A stretch of DNA of 64,000 nt from an uncultured bacterium (GCA_963768625.1 CAVYIK010000003.1:454715-518714), one strand, 5' to 3'. Positions 9,797 to 18,998 are shown, numbered from the stretch's first letter. Made by a program: numbers and translations. Notes: generated from the sequence alone by a model not told the origin.

Positions 9797-10447
9797 ATGC
9801 CGAAGGAAAAGGAAAAAAGACGATGCGAAAACCGGTGGAAGAGCGACCACGTATCACTTGAAATATAAGATCTGCGTCTCCGGGTCGGCGGTGACGGATA
9901 CCGCGCGCCGGGCACGGTGGAAAAGGCCGAAGCGATCGGCCGGCTCATCGCGGAGCGCGGGATGATCCTCGTCACGGGCGCTACGACCGGCATCCCGTAT
10001 TGGGCGGCGAAAGGCGCGAAGGAGGCGGGCGGCATCGTGATCGGTCTTTCGCCGGCGGCCTCAAAGGCGGCGCATGTAAAAAGTTATCACTTGCCGGTTG
10101 ATTACCACGACCTCATCATCTACACCGGATTTGAATATTCGGGGAGGAACCTTCTCCTTATGCGTTCCGCGGATGCGGTGATTACTATTTCCGGCCGTAT
10201 GGGGACGCTCAACGAATTCACGATCGCGTTTGAGGACCAGAAGCCACAGGGGGTCCTTACGGAAACCGGCGGGATGAGCGATATGCTTCAAGAGATACTT
10301 GAAAGGTCGCATCGTGGGATGGGCAAGACCGTTTTTGAATCCGATCCCGAGCGCCTCCTTGATAAGGTGGTCGCGCTCATAGAGGCCGAGGAGGCCGAGC
10401 TGGACTCGGACGATTACGCGGTGTCTGCGCGCCGTGCCCGCGGATAA
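9797..10447 (+). CDS. TIGR00725/LOG-like Rossmann-fold nucleotide-binding protein, one 5' frameshift
   Basis: LVTGATTGIPYWAAKGAKEAGG...ITISGRMGTLNEF matches the LOG/TIGR00725 family. The KICVSGSA segment sits in another frame upstream of 9917. Confidence 0.6.
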
Positions 10448-10460
10448 TTTTATAAACAAC

Positions 10461-10772
10461 ATGCCGGAAAAGGCGAAAGCGAAAAAGACCGCCGGGGCGC
10501 CGAAGGCGAAGAAGGCCAAGAAAGAGCCGAAGCCGATCGGCGAGGTCACGCATTTCTACAGCAATATTGACGTCGCCATCGTGAAATTCAATAAAGCGGT
10601 GCCTGCGGGAACAAAGCTCGCATTCAAAGGCGCCACAACGGATTTTGAGCAGGTGGCGGAATCCATGCAGTTGGACCACGCGCCGATCGATTCGGCGCCA
10701 AAGGGCAAGCAGGTCGGCATCAAGGTGAAGGGAAAGGTGCGCGAGGGGGATTCGGTGTACGCAGTTGAATGA
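10461..10772 (+). CDS. Small hypothetical protein (Lys/Ala-rich N-terminus + beta-barrel-like domain)
   Basis: ORF 10434-10772 has a GTG start, so I prefer the ATG at 10461. The sequence is MPEKAKAKKTAGAPKAKKAKKEPKP followed by IGEVTHFYSNIDVAIVKF...GDSVYAVE. No family recognised with confidence. Confidence 0.45.
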   Translation: MPEKAKAKKTAGAPKAKKAKKEPKPIGEVTHFYSNIDVAIVKFNKAVPAGTKLAFKGATTDFEQVAESMQLDHAPIDSAPKGKQVGIKVKGKVREGDSVYAVE

Positions 10773-11860
10773 GGACTGCGGCGATCGTCGCAGCGGCCAC
10801 AATAGGGGACGGCGTCTTCGCGCTGCCCTTCGTATTTTATGAAGCCGGCTGGGTCGCCGGACTTTTTTATCTGGTCGTTCTCGGGATTTTTGTGGGTGTG
10901 GCGCACGTAGTGTACCTGAAAACGCTTGAAAAGATCGGCGAGAAAGAGCGACTCCTTGGGCTCACGGAAAAGTATTTCGGCAGAAGCGGATTTTGGATCG
11001 GCTTTGTCGCGATCGTCCTCGGCCTGCTCCTTACGCTCGTCGCCTACCTTATTTTAGGGACGCAGTTCATCCGCCTTGCGGTCCCATCGGCCGTGCCCGG
11101 TGTCGCCTTCCTCGTCTTTTGGCTCATCATATCGCTTCCCGTTCTCCTCGGCGACCGGAAAGTGGTGGACCTTGAGCTTGTGGGGGTCGCCTGTTCCTCG
11201 GCCGTCATCGTTTTAATATTCGCGACCGCCTGGCCGAACATCACCTTCGCGGGCGTTCCCGCACTGAATGCCGCAAAGTTGTTCCTTCCTTTCGGCGCCG
11301 TGCTTTTCGCGCTTGCAGGGTGGACGGGCGTGGAGCCCGCCTATGAATCGCGAAAGAAATTCGGCGAAAAAAGAGATCCGTGGCGCCCTCTCGTCTTGGG
11401 AACCTTTTTCGCGGGCGCCCTCTATCTGCTCTTCGCCGCCGGCATCCTCGGTTCGGCGCCGATCGTAACGTCCGACACCGTTTCCGGCCTTGTGGCCTGG
11501 CCGCTCTGGAAAAAGGAAATTGTCGCCATCCTCGGTCTGCTCGCAGTCGCGACGGTATATCTGCCTATCTCGCGCGAGGTCAGGAACTCGCTCGAGAAAG
11601 ATCTCCATTGGAATAAATTTACGGCCCGTTCGCTCATCATATTCGCGCCGCCCGCACTCGTCCTCCTCGGTTTCAACAATTTCCTAATCATCATTGGCCT
11701 CGTTGGTGGGCTTTTCATCAGCTTGCAGTACCTGCTCATCATCTTCGTCGGCCGGCGCGTGCTTTCTCTTTCGCCTCCGAAGAAATTCTTTCTTGACCTC
11801 ATCGCCACCGCATTCGTGGCCGCCGCCGTTTACTCGCTCTATGGTTTCGTAGTACATTAG
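10769..11860 (+). CDS. Amino-acid permease-like polytopic membrane transporter
   Basis: Intact 363-aa ORF with about 11 hydrophobic segments. The N-terminal IGDGVFALPFVFYEAGW resembles the Trp/Tyr-permease/Aa_trans families. Start overlaps the upstream stop (ATGA). Confidence 0.55.
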   Translation: MRTAAIVAAATIGDGVFALPFVFYEAGWVAGLFYLVVLGIFVGVAHVVYLKTLEKIGEKERLLGLTEKYFGRSGFWIGFVAIVLGLLLTLVAYLILGTQFIRLAVPSAVPGVAFLVFWLIISLPVLLGDRKVVDLELVGVACSSAVIVLIFATAWPNITFAGVPALNAAKLFLPFGAVLFALAGWTGVEPAYESRKKFGEKRDPWRPLVLGTFFAGALYLLFAAGILGSAPIVTSDTVSGLVAWPLWKKEIVAILGLLAVATVYLPISREVRNSLEKDLHWNKFTARSLIIFAPPALVLLGFNNFLIIIGLVGGLFISLQYLLIIFVGRRVLSLSPPKKFFLDLIATAFVAAAVYSLYGFVVH

Positions 11861-11867
11861 AAGCGTT

Positions 11868-11939
11868 GCCCCCGTAGTTCAACGGATAGAATATCTCCCT
11901 CCGAAGGAGGTGATTGAGGTTCAATTCCTCACGGGGGCA
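11868..11939 (+). tRNA. tRNA-Arg (anticodon CCG)
   Basis: Hand-folded cloverleaf. Acceptor GCCCCCG/CGGGGGC, D-arm GTTC..GAAT, anticodon stem TCTCC/GGAGG with loop CTCCGAA, T-arm TGAGG-TTCAATT-CCTCA, discriminator A. CCA is not encoded. Confidence 0.9.
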
Positions 11940-12009
11940 CAGGCAAGGCAAAAGGGCTCTGGGAAGAGTACTAAGAAGGGCTCTTCCCAGAGCCCTTTTG
12001 CCTTGCCTG
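11940..12009. repeat. Perfect 29-bp inverted repeat (70-nt hairpin) immediately 3' of tRNA-Arg
   Basis: The arm caggcaaggcaaaagggctctgggaagag (11940-11968) is the exact reverse complement of 11981-12009. The loop is 12 nt. Confidence 0.9.
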
Positions 12010-12137
12010 TGCTATCTCTTGTTGAGAGGAATTGAACGACGGAGGGGGTCGGGGAACCGCTCGCGGTTCCCCGTGTAGGAGGGTTGTTTGGAACCGAGGG
12101 TTCCGAAAGCGCAGGCGGCGAAGCCGCCGAGCAGTGA

Positions 12138-12153
12138 AATTCCTCACGGGGGC
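12138..12153 (+). repeat. Direct repeat of the tRNA-Arg 3' end (att-like scar)
   Basis: aattcctcacgggggc at 12138-12153 is identical to 11923-11938. The upstream ~8 nt are a degenerate copy of the T-arm. An inverted T-loop fragment, gaggaattgaac, lies at about 12027-12038. Confidence 0.8.
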
Positions 12154-12207
12154 TCGTACGTCGGAGAGCACGCAACGATGTTCGAGCAATCTTGCTAGCT
12201 GACCTTG

Positions 12208-12738
12208 CTAACTAAGTAAGTAATCGCTAACTACTTCTGTATATTCTTCAAAGGTGGGGAAGTCTGTTATGTCGAAGTATCCGAATTTATTATTAACAGC
12301 CCTCTTCTTAAGATCTTCGCTCTCGGGGATACCAGTTGTCATCCAACTTCTTATGGTTTGTTCCGTATAACGCCCAGCTTGTATTTCATTAAAAACCCAG
12401 TCCTTTATTTTGTAGGCATAGGCAAGTATGGCATCCGCATGAGATTCGCGGCCGAATCCAACAAACACAACATTTCCTAATACAAAGTTTTCTAATTTTA
12501 GGTCGCGAACACCTTCGGGAGTAATTGCCTTGCCTTCAATGACCACCTCTGATTTAAACGTGCCCTCTTTTAAGTGATTGACAAGGTTAAGCCAGCCTTG
12601 ATTGTCATTGCCGCCAGGACGGAAACGGTCTACCGATAATATCTCAAGGCAGCTATGCTTCTCCTTCATTTTTAGGGCAACTAAAGTTTTGCCCACTCTA
12701 GACATTCCGCCAATCACATATAATTTGTTTTTTTGCAT
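12208..12738 (-). CDS. P-loop NTPase / small-molecule-kinase-like protein
   Basis: Intact 176-aa ORF with Walker A GGMSRVGKT at the N-terminus. AT-richer than the flanks. Family not resolved. Confidence 0.45.
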   Translation of the reverse strand: MQKNKLYVIGGMSRVGKTLVALKMKEKHSCLEILSVDRFRPGGNDNQGWLNLVNHLKEGTFKSEVVIEGKAITPEGVRDLKLENFVLGNVVFVGFGRESHADAILAYAYKIKDWVFNEIQAGRYTEQTIRSWMTTGIPESEDLKKRAVNNKFGYFDITDFPTFEEYTEVVSDYLLS

Positions 12739-12760
12739 ACAGGAGGGTCGTCGCGCTGAC

Positions 12761-12961
12761 CTATGCTTTTTGGATGGCCAACTTGATCTGTTCAGTGAGG
12801 GGAAACCCCTGCTTTGAATAATTCAAAATCTCAAATCCGAGAAGGTTACCCCGTTGGTCATAGTCAGCAAGGTGGCCGTCTTCGCCTTTCGTCCTCGATA
12901 TTTTGCCCTGTTTCAGTCGAACATAAAGGGCATCTGCTTTGGGGTCGTACTTTATTTTCAT
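12761..12961 (-). CDS. DUF2283-family protein (putative antitoxin partner)
   Basis: MKIKYDPKADALYVRL...GNLLGFEILN is the DUF2283 signature. The start is taken at the internal ATG of ORF 12761-12982. Overlaps the upstream DUF4258 gene. Confidence 0.65.
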   Translation of the reverse strand: MKIKYDPKADALYVRLKQGKISRTKGEDGHLADYDQRGNLLGFEILNYSKQGFPLTEQIKLAIQKA

Positions 12962-12972
12962 AATAATTGTAT

Positions 12973-13185
12973 TTATTCCCAATATGTCGTAACGATAATG
13001 GTTTTTTCGGGGCCTTTCATGTTGTATATAACGATCAATGTCCCCTTTTGGTTTCTATGAATAGACCTCCGGAGTCCATTGCCAGCATCTTCTTGTACGC
13101 CCTCGCAGAGCGCTGTCTCAACCTCTTGTTTAGTGATCCCTCTTTCCTTCAGTCGCGCTAAAGCATGGTCAGTGTATCTTATCAC
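12973..13185 (-). CDS. DUF4258-family protein (putative toxin)
   Basis: The 70-aa sequence MIRYTDHALARLKERGITKQEVETAL...TLIVIY...IIVTTYW is the DUF4258 pattern, which is usually paired with DUF2283. Confidence 0.65.
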   Translation of the reverse strand: MIRYTDHALARLKERGITKQEVETALCEGVQEDAGNGLRRSIHRNQKGTLIVIYNMKGPEKTIIVTTYWE

Positions 13186-13237
13186 CGACGCATCATGCCA
13201 TATGGGGCATTAAATCTTCTTTAAGCGCGCCTTGCGG

Positions 13238-13243
13238 TATAAT
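13238..13243 (+). promoter_or_regulatory. -10 box TATAAT 7 nt upstream of the UDG ATG (leaderless-type)
   Basis: gcggTATAATgtcctatATGgac. The first ATG of ORF 13242 lies inside the box, so the ATG at 13251 is preferred. Confidence 0.35.
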
Positions 13244-13250
13244 GTCCTAT

Positions 13251-13883
13251 ATGGACAAACAGGCCGAACTCGCAAAGCTGGAATCCGAACTCATTGCCGA
13301 CGCCGCGCTCCCGCTTCGGGAGTCAAATCTGGTCTTCGGCGAGGGGAACATCAACTGCGACGTTATGTTCATCGGCGAGGGGCCCGGTTACAACGAAGAC
13401 AAATTAAAGCGCCCGTTCGTGGGGCGGGCGGGGCAGCTCCTAGATGACCTCATAAAGGGCATCGGCTGGAAGCGCGAGGACGTCTATATCACGAATATCA
13501 TCAAACGCCGGCCGCCGGAGAACCGCGATCCGCTGCCTCACGAGATAGAGGCATATAAGCCATATCTTACGAAGCAGATAGAGATCATGAATCCAAGGGT
13601 TATTGTCACGCTCGGCCGTTTTTCCATGAACTATTTCCTCCCCGATGCGAAGATCACGCGCGACCACGGGAGGGTGCTCACGATCGGAGGAAGGATTATT
13701 TTCCCGCTCTATCATCCGGCCGCGGCTCTCCGCTCGCCAGTGGAAATGATGGGCGTGCTTAAAGAGGACTTCAAAAAGCTCCCGAAGATATTGAAAGGAG
13801 AGCTTGCTCCCGAAGTGCCTCCGTCTGTCGTGACCGCCGTGGCCAAAAAACCCGCAAAACCGAAGCAGCCCGGCTTGTTTTGA
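13251..13883 (+). CDS. Uracil-DNA glycosylase, family 4
   Basis: Motifs GEGNINCDVMFIGEGPGYNED, PFVGRAGQLL, ITNIIKRRPPENR and LYHPAAALR are characteristic of family-4 UDG. Confidence 0.8.
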   Translation: MDKQAELAKLESELIADAALPLRESNLVFGEGNINCDVMFIGEGPGYNEDKLKRPFVGRAGQLLDDLIKGIGWKREDVYITNIIKRRPPENRDPLPHEIEAYKPYLTKQIEIMNPRVIVTLGRFSMNYFLPDAKITRDHGRVLTIGGRIIFPLYHPAAALRSPVEMMGVLKEDFKKLPKILKGELAPEVPPSVVTAVAKKPAKPKQPGLF

Positions 13884-13897
13884 GGTATCATTAAGGC

Positions 13898-14246
13898 ATG
13901 GATTTTGCGCCGATCTACCTTTTAGAGAGGTTCTTCTACCGCCTCGTCGATTTTTTCCACCATTGGTACATTGACGGCTCGCGCGTGATCGGGCATCGCT
14001 TCATCACGGCGCTCGAGTCGGCGGATCGGTCATTGGCGATTAAAGATCACGATCCGCTATTTCTTCCAGCCGCTTTACAGCGATTACACCGTGATCGGGC
14101 GCATTTTAGGCGTCATTTTCCGGTCGGGGAGGATATTGATCGGCGTCGTGGTTTACCTCGTGGTAGTCGCCCTCTTTTTGCTCTTCTATCTTGCGTGGCT
14201 CGCGACGCCCGCCATCATCATTTTCTATGCTGCAAAAGGCCTCTGA
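13898..14246 (+). CDS. Small membrane protein, one frameshift
   Basis: MDFAPIYLLERFFYRLVDFFHHWYIDGSR..., then (after a shift near 14045) IRYFFQPLYSDYTVIGRILGVIFRSGRILIGVVVYLVVVALFLLFYLAWLATPAIIIFYAAKGL*. Confidence 0.45.
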
Positions 14247-16740
14247 TTACGAATTGTATTTTGACGATCCGCGGCTCCGGATGACGATCGCGGGGAGGTT
14301 CACGGTCCGCGTCGTGAGCTATATCACCTACCTTGTCCTCGCGTTCGCCGCAGTGACGTTCCTCCTGTCGGAGGTGCAACCCATAAAGTATCTTGGGATA
14401 TTTCTCCTGCTCTTTTTTTTAGACCTCCTCGTGCACCGTGGCGAAGCGGACCTGCCTATCGCGGAATTGCCCTCGCACGGGAAGATCAACCTCGCGCGGA
14501 TCGTGCGGCCATCCGCCTTTTCCGCCTTGAGCCGGGCGTTTGATCGCGGCCTCGTCGCGCGGCAGGATTTTTTCCTCGGCGTCACCGAACGGCTGATGGA
14601 GCTGCGAACACATGGACGAGGGACTGCGCCGCCTTGACGTGAAGCCCGAAGAGTTCAAGGCGAAGCTCAACGAATTTCTCTGCGAAGTCGGCGCCGGAGT
14701 CAGCCGTCTCGCGGGAAGAGTATTTAAAGAGCGCCGAGGCGCTCGTTGTGGCTGCGTTCGGCGAAGCGCTCGCCGCCGGCCATAATTTCATTGAGCCGAG
14801 CGACCTTTTCTCGGCGCTCGCCAAGATGAAATCGGAAGGCGTGGAGCGGCTGCTTGAACGTTTTCTCCATAGAGGCGGGCGACCTTGCGCGCGCGCTCAT
14901 TTTCTCCGCGGAGCGGCACCTCTTAGGCAGCCTGCCGCGCTCGCTTGGCGGGTTCATCTTTGAATCGAACCGGCACATTCGGCACCGGATCATGAACCGC
15001 GCCTGGACCTCGCGCCCGACGCCCACCCTGGATCGCTACTGCACCGACTTCACCGATCTTGCGCGCGAGCGGGAATCGGGCTTCCTTGTCGGGCACGATG
15101 CCGAATATGCACGACTCGTCGAAACCCTCGCACGTCCTATAAATCCGAACGCTCTCCTCGTCGGCGACCCGGGCATCGGGAAGGAATCCATCATTCAGCC
15201 ACCTTGCGTTCGCGCTCACGAAGGATGACGTGCCGAAAGCGCTTTTTGACAAGCGGCTCGTGGCGCTTGAGCTTCAGAACCTCGTCGCGGGCGCGCCGCC
15301 GGACGAGCTCTCCGCGCGTCTCAAGAAGATCGTGGAGGAGATCTACATGGCGGGGAACGTCATCCTCTATATTCCGGATATCCACAATCTTGTGCGTACC
15401 TCCGGCACTGCGTATCTTTCTGCCGCGGATATTCTGATGCCCATCATCATGGATAATGCATTCCCGATCGTCGGCGCGACCTATCCGAAAGAGTTCAAGG
15501 AGCTCGTGGAGCCGCGGAGCGATTTCGTGGGGGTCTTTGAGGTTATCCGCGTGAACGAAGTGACGCGAAGCCGAAGCGGAGAAAATATTGGCCTACGAAA
15601 GCTTGATCCTTGAGCGCGGCCAGCGACATTACGATAAGCTTCGGCGCGATCAAGCGCGCAGTCACGCTCGCAAAGAAATATTTCAGGGACAAGTTCCTGC
15701 CTTCAAGCGCCGAAGAGCTTTTGAAGAGCGCGCTCGTGGATGCGGAGCGGCGCGGTGAAAAGACGCTTGCGGCGGACCGCGTGACGGCGGTCGCGGAAAC
15801 AAAGACGAACGTGCCGTTGCGCGAGGCAGGCGGCGAGGAAGCCGCGAAGCTCCTGCATTTGGAGGACATCATCCATGAGCGGCTCGTGGATCAGGAAGAA
15901 GCGGTCGCGGCGGTCGCGGAAGCGCTCCGCGAGTACCGGAGCGGCCTTGCCCGCAAGGGCGGCCCCATCGCAAGTTTCCTCTTTGTGGGGCCAACCGGCG
16001 TGGGGAAAACCGAGCTTGCGAAGATCCTCGCGAGCGTGCAGTTCGGTTCGGAAAAAATGATGACGCGGTTTGATATGACGGAATACCAAGACAAGACGAG
16101 CTTCTTCCGTTTCATCGGGTCGCCGGACGGCGCCACGCACGGCGTGCTTACGGACGCCATCCGCGAAAAGCCGTACAGCTTGATCCTCCTTGATGAGTTC
16201 GAGAAAGCATTCCCCGACATTTTAGACCTTTTCCTCCAGGTGTTTGACGACGGGCGGCTCACCGACAATCTTGGGCGCACGGTGGATTTTGCGAATACGA
16301 TCGTGATTGCGACCTCAAACGCCCATTCAGACATCATTAATGAATCGCTCGCAAAGGGGGAGTCAATGGCCGACATCGCCGAATATCTGAAGAAGCGCCT
16401 CGTGGACGTCTTCAAACCGGAGCTTTTAAATCGCTTCTCCAAAATAATCATTTTCAAAAACCTTGAGACGGCGCAGCTCGGGAAGATCGCGGAAATAAAC
16501 CTTAAAGAGCTCGCGGAAACCGTGAAGGGGCAGGGCATATTCCTGGATTTTGACCAGGCGGCGATAACGGCGCTCGCGAAGCTCGGCTACGACCCCGCGT
16601 TCGGCGCGCGCCCCCTGCGCCGCGTGATCGACGAAAAGATAAAGGCGCCGCTCTCGCGCGCTATCCTCGCGAAAAAAGTAGGGAAGGGCAGCCGCCTAAA
16701 GCTCGTGCTCAAAAACGACAACACTTTTGATTTCGAATAG
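14227..16740 (+). CDS. ClpA/ClpB/ClpC-family double-AAA+ chaperone with N-terminal TM segment, frameshifted in its first half
   Basis: N-terminal hydrophobic helices (VVSYITYLVLAFAAVTFLL, YLGIFLLLFFLDLL) and Clp_N-like repeats. D1 Walker A GDPGIGKES; D2 FLFVGPTGVGKTELAK with sensor GARPLRRVI. 15610-16740 is intact, and 14227-15610 needs about 6 frame changes. Confidence 0.8.
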
Positions 16741-16745
16741 GCATC

Positions 16746-18482
16746 ATGGCGAAGGTCTCAAACCAATCCGTTGCCGAACTACTCCGCGAGATCGGGGAAT
16801 ACCTCGCCATGCAGAACATTCCGTTCAAGCCGCGGGCATATGAAAAAGCCGCAGGGGTGGTGGAGGCGCTTGAAGAGGAGATTGCCGATATCTATGCGCG
16901 CGGCGGCATAAAGGCGCTTGAAGAGATCCCGGGCGTCGGCGTCTCCATTGCGGAAAAGGTAGAGGAATTCATACGGACGGGCAAGGTGAAATATTATGAA
17001 GGCCTCAAAAAGAAGACACCAGTGGACCTCGGCAGCTTGTCGCGCGTGGAAGGGCTTGGGCCGAAATCGATAAAGAAATTGTATCAAACGCTGGGCGTAG
17101 GGAACCTCGCCGACCTTGAAAAGGCGGCGAAGGCGGGGAAGATCGCGAAGCTCGAGGGGTTCGGCGCGAAGAGCGAAGAGAAGATATTGAAGGGCATTGG
17201 CTTCGCCAAGAAATCCGGCAACCGCTTTGTGCTCGGCTTTATGATGCCGCGCATCCGCGACATTGAAGCGAGCCTGAAGAAACTGCCGGGTGTGCAGAAA
17301 GCGGTCGTCGCGGGCTCCGCGCGGCGCCGGAAGGAAACGATCGGCGACGTGGACATCCTCGTCGTCTCCCCAAAACCAAAGGCGGTCATGGACTTTTTTG
17401 TTTCCATGCCGGAGGTTATTTCCGTGATCGCGCACGGAGAAACAAAATCATCGGTGAAAATAAAACCCGGGTTGAACGTTGACCTCCGTGTGGTGCCCGA
17501 AGAATCCTACGGCGCAGCCATGAATTATTTCACGGGCTCAAAGGACCACAACGTTGCCCTGCGGCAAATCGCGGTAACGAAAGGATGGAAGCTGAACGAA
17601 TACGGACTTTTTAAAGTGGTGGGCGGGCGCGAGACGGTGATCGCGGGCAGGAGCGAGGAGGAGGTCTACAAAGCGTTCGGCATGGATTATATAGAACCGG
17701 AATTGCGTGAGGAGACCGGCGAGATCGAAGCCGCCCGGACGCACCGGTTGCCGAAGATCGTGGGCTATGGCGACCTTGAGGGCGACCTCCAGGTGCAGAC
17801 GAGCTGGACGGACGGCTCGGATTCTATTGAAGCGATGGCGAAGGCAGCCATGGCGCACGGCCTCAAATATATGGCAGTCACCGACCATACGAAGCGGCTT
17901 GCGATGACGCACGGCCTGGATGAAAAGCGCATCCTGCAACAAATGGCGGAGATAGACAAGCTCAATAAAAAATTTGCCGGCAAGTTCAAAATATTGAAGG
18001 GGAGCGAGTGCGACATTCTGAAGGACGGCACGCTGGACCTCCCAGACGCCGTGCTTTCAAAGCTGGACGTTGTGGGCGCCTCGGTTCATTCATTCTTCAA
18101 TCTCTCCCGCGCCGAGCAGACCGAGCGAATAAAGCGCGCAATGGCAAACCCGAACGTGGACATCCTTTTCCATCCGACCGGCCGCATCATCAACCGCCGC
18201 GAGGCCTATGACGTAGATATGGAGGCGATCATCGCACATGCCAAAAAGACAGGGATAATCCTTGAAATAGACGCTTTCCCGGACCGCGCGGACCTTAAGG
18301 ACGAATACATCCGGAAGTGCGTTGAGGCGGGCGTCAAAATGTCCATTGATTCCGACGCCCATTCGCCGGCGCACTTTGCCTACCTTGAATATGGCATTGC
18401 GCAAGCCCGCCGCGGCTGGGCCACCCGCCACGATATCATAAACGCCTGGCCGCTCGAAAAGATGTTACAATTTTTGAAATGA
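16746..18482 (+). CDS. Family X DNA polymerase with C-terminal PHP phosphoesterase domain (PolX)
   Basis: Intact 578-aa ORF. HhH motifs (IPGVGVSIAEK, VEGLGPKSIKK), nucleotidyltransferase GSARRRKETIGDVDILV, and PHP histidines (DHTKRL...SVHS...DSDAH). Confidence 0.85.
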   Translation: MAKVSNQSVAELLREIGEYLAMQNIPFKPRAYEKAAGVVEALEEEIADIYARGGIKALEEIPGVGVSIAEKVEEFIRTGKVKYYEGLKKKTPVDLGSLSRVEGLGPKSIKKLYQTLGVGNLADLEKAAKAGKIAKLEGFGAKSEEKILKGIGFAKKSGNRFVLGFMMPRIRDIEASLKKLPGVQKAVVAGSARRRKETIGDVDILVVSPKPKAVMDFFVSMPEVISVIAHGETKSSVKIKPGLNVDLRVVPEESYGAAMNYFTGSKDHNVALRQIAVTKGWKLNEYGLFKVVGGRETVIAGRSEEEVYKAFGMDYIEPELREETGEIEAARTHRLPKIVGYGDLEGDLQVQTSWTDGSDSIEAMAKAAMAHGLKYMAVTDHTKRLAMTHGLDEKRILQQMAEIDKLNKKFAGKFKILKGSECDILKDGTLDLPDAVLSKLDVVGASVHSFFNLSRAEQTERIKRAMANPNVDILFHPTGRIINRREAYDVDMEAIIAHAKKTGIILEIDAFPDRADLKDEYIRKCVEAGVKMSIDSDAHSPAHFAYLEYGIAQARRGWATRHDIINAWPLEKMLQFLK

Positions 18483-18994
18483 CCCCTCCGCGCGAACCCA
18501 TGTCCGTTGAAAAACCTCCTACCAGGAAGCAGGTAGTGGCGGGCTTTGTCGTCTATCGCCGGACGAGCGACGGGATAAAATTTCTCCTCCTCTACCGCCG
18601 CGGCAATTATTGGAACTTTCCGAAGGGCCACTTTGAGCCGGGCGAGAGGAGCATTGAGACCGCCCTCCGGGAGCTTGAGGAGGAAACCGGCATCAAGAAA
18701 ACAGAGGTCCACATCGCGCCGAACTTCCGGGCATACGAAAGGTTCTATTTCAAGATCGGGAACCAGGGCATCTACGACACCGTTATCCTCTTTTTGGCCG
18801 AAACGCATAAGGCCGAGATAACGATCCGCCCGCGCGAGCATAGCGGCTACGGATGGTTCCTTTACCACGACGCAGTGAACGTCATTGGCAAGAAATACGG
18901 CGATACGCGCAAGGTATTGCGTCAGGCGCAGGATTTCCTCCGCGCGCGAAGCAGGCAATACCACCGGCCGCAGCGTCCCCCGCAGCGTCCTTGA
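18479..18994 (+). CDS. NUDIX hydrolase (Ap4A-hydrolase-like)
   Basis: Canonical Nudix box GHFEPGERSIETALRELEEETGI. Start overlaps the PolX stop. Confidence 0.8.
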   Translation: MTPPREPMSVEKPPTRKQVVAGFVVYRRTSDGIKFLLLYRRGNYWNFPKGHFEPGERSIETALRELEEETGIKKTEVHIAPNFRAYERFYFKIGNQGIYDTVILFLAETHKAEITIRPREHSGYGWFLYHDAVNVIGKKYGDTRKVLRQAQDFLRARSRQYHRPQRPPQRP

Positions 18995-18998
18995 GGTC

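Noticed and set aside
11921-12189. Minus-strand ORFs of 84 aa and 72 aa overlapping tRNA-Arg and the palindrome/hairpin array.
   Set aside because: They run through a tRNA gene and perfect inverted repeats and give low-complexity translations. The region is treated as non-coding.
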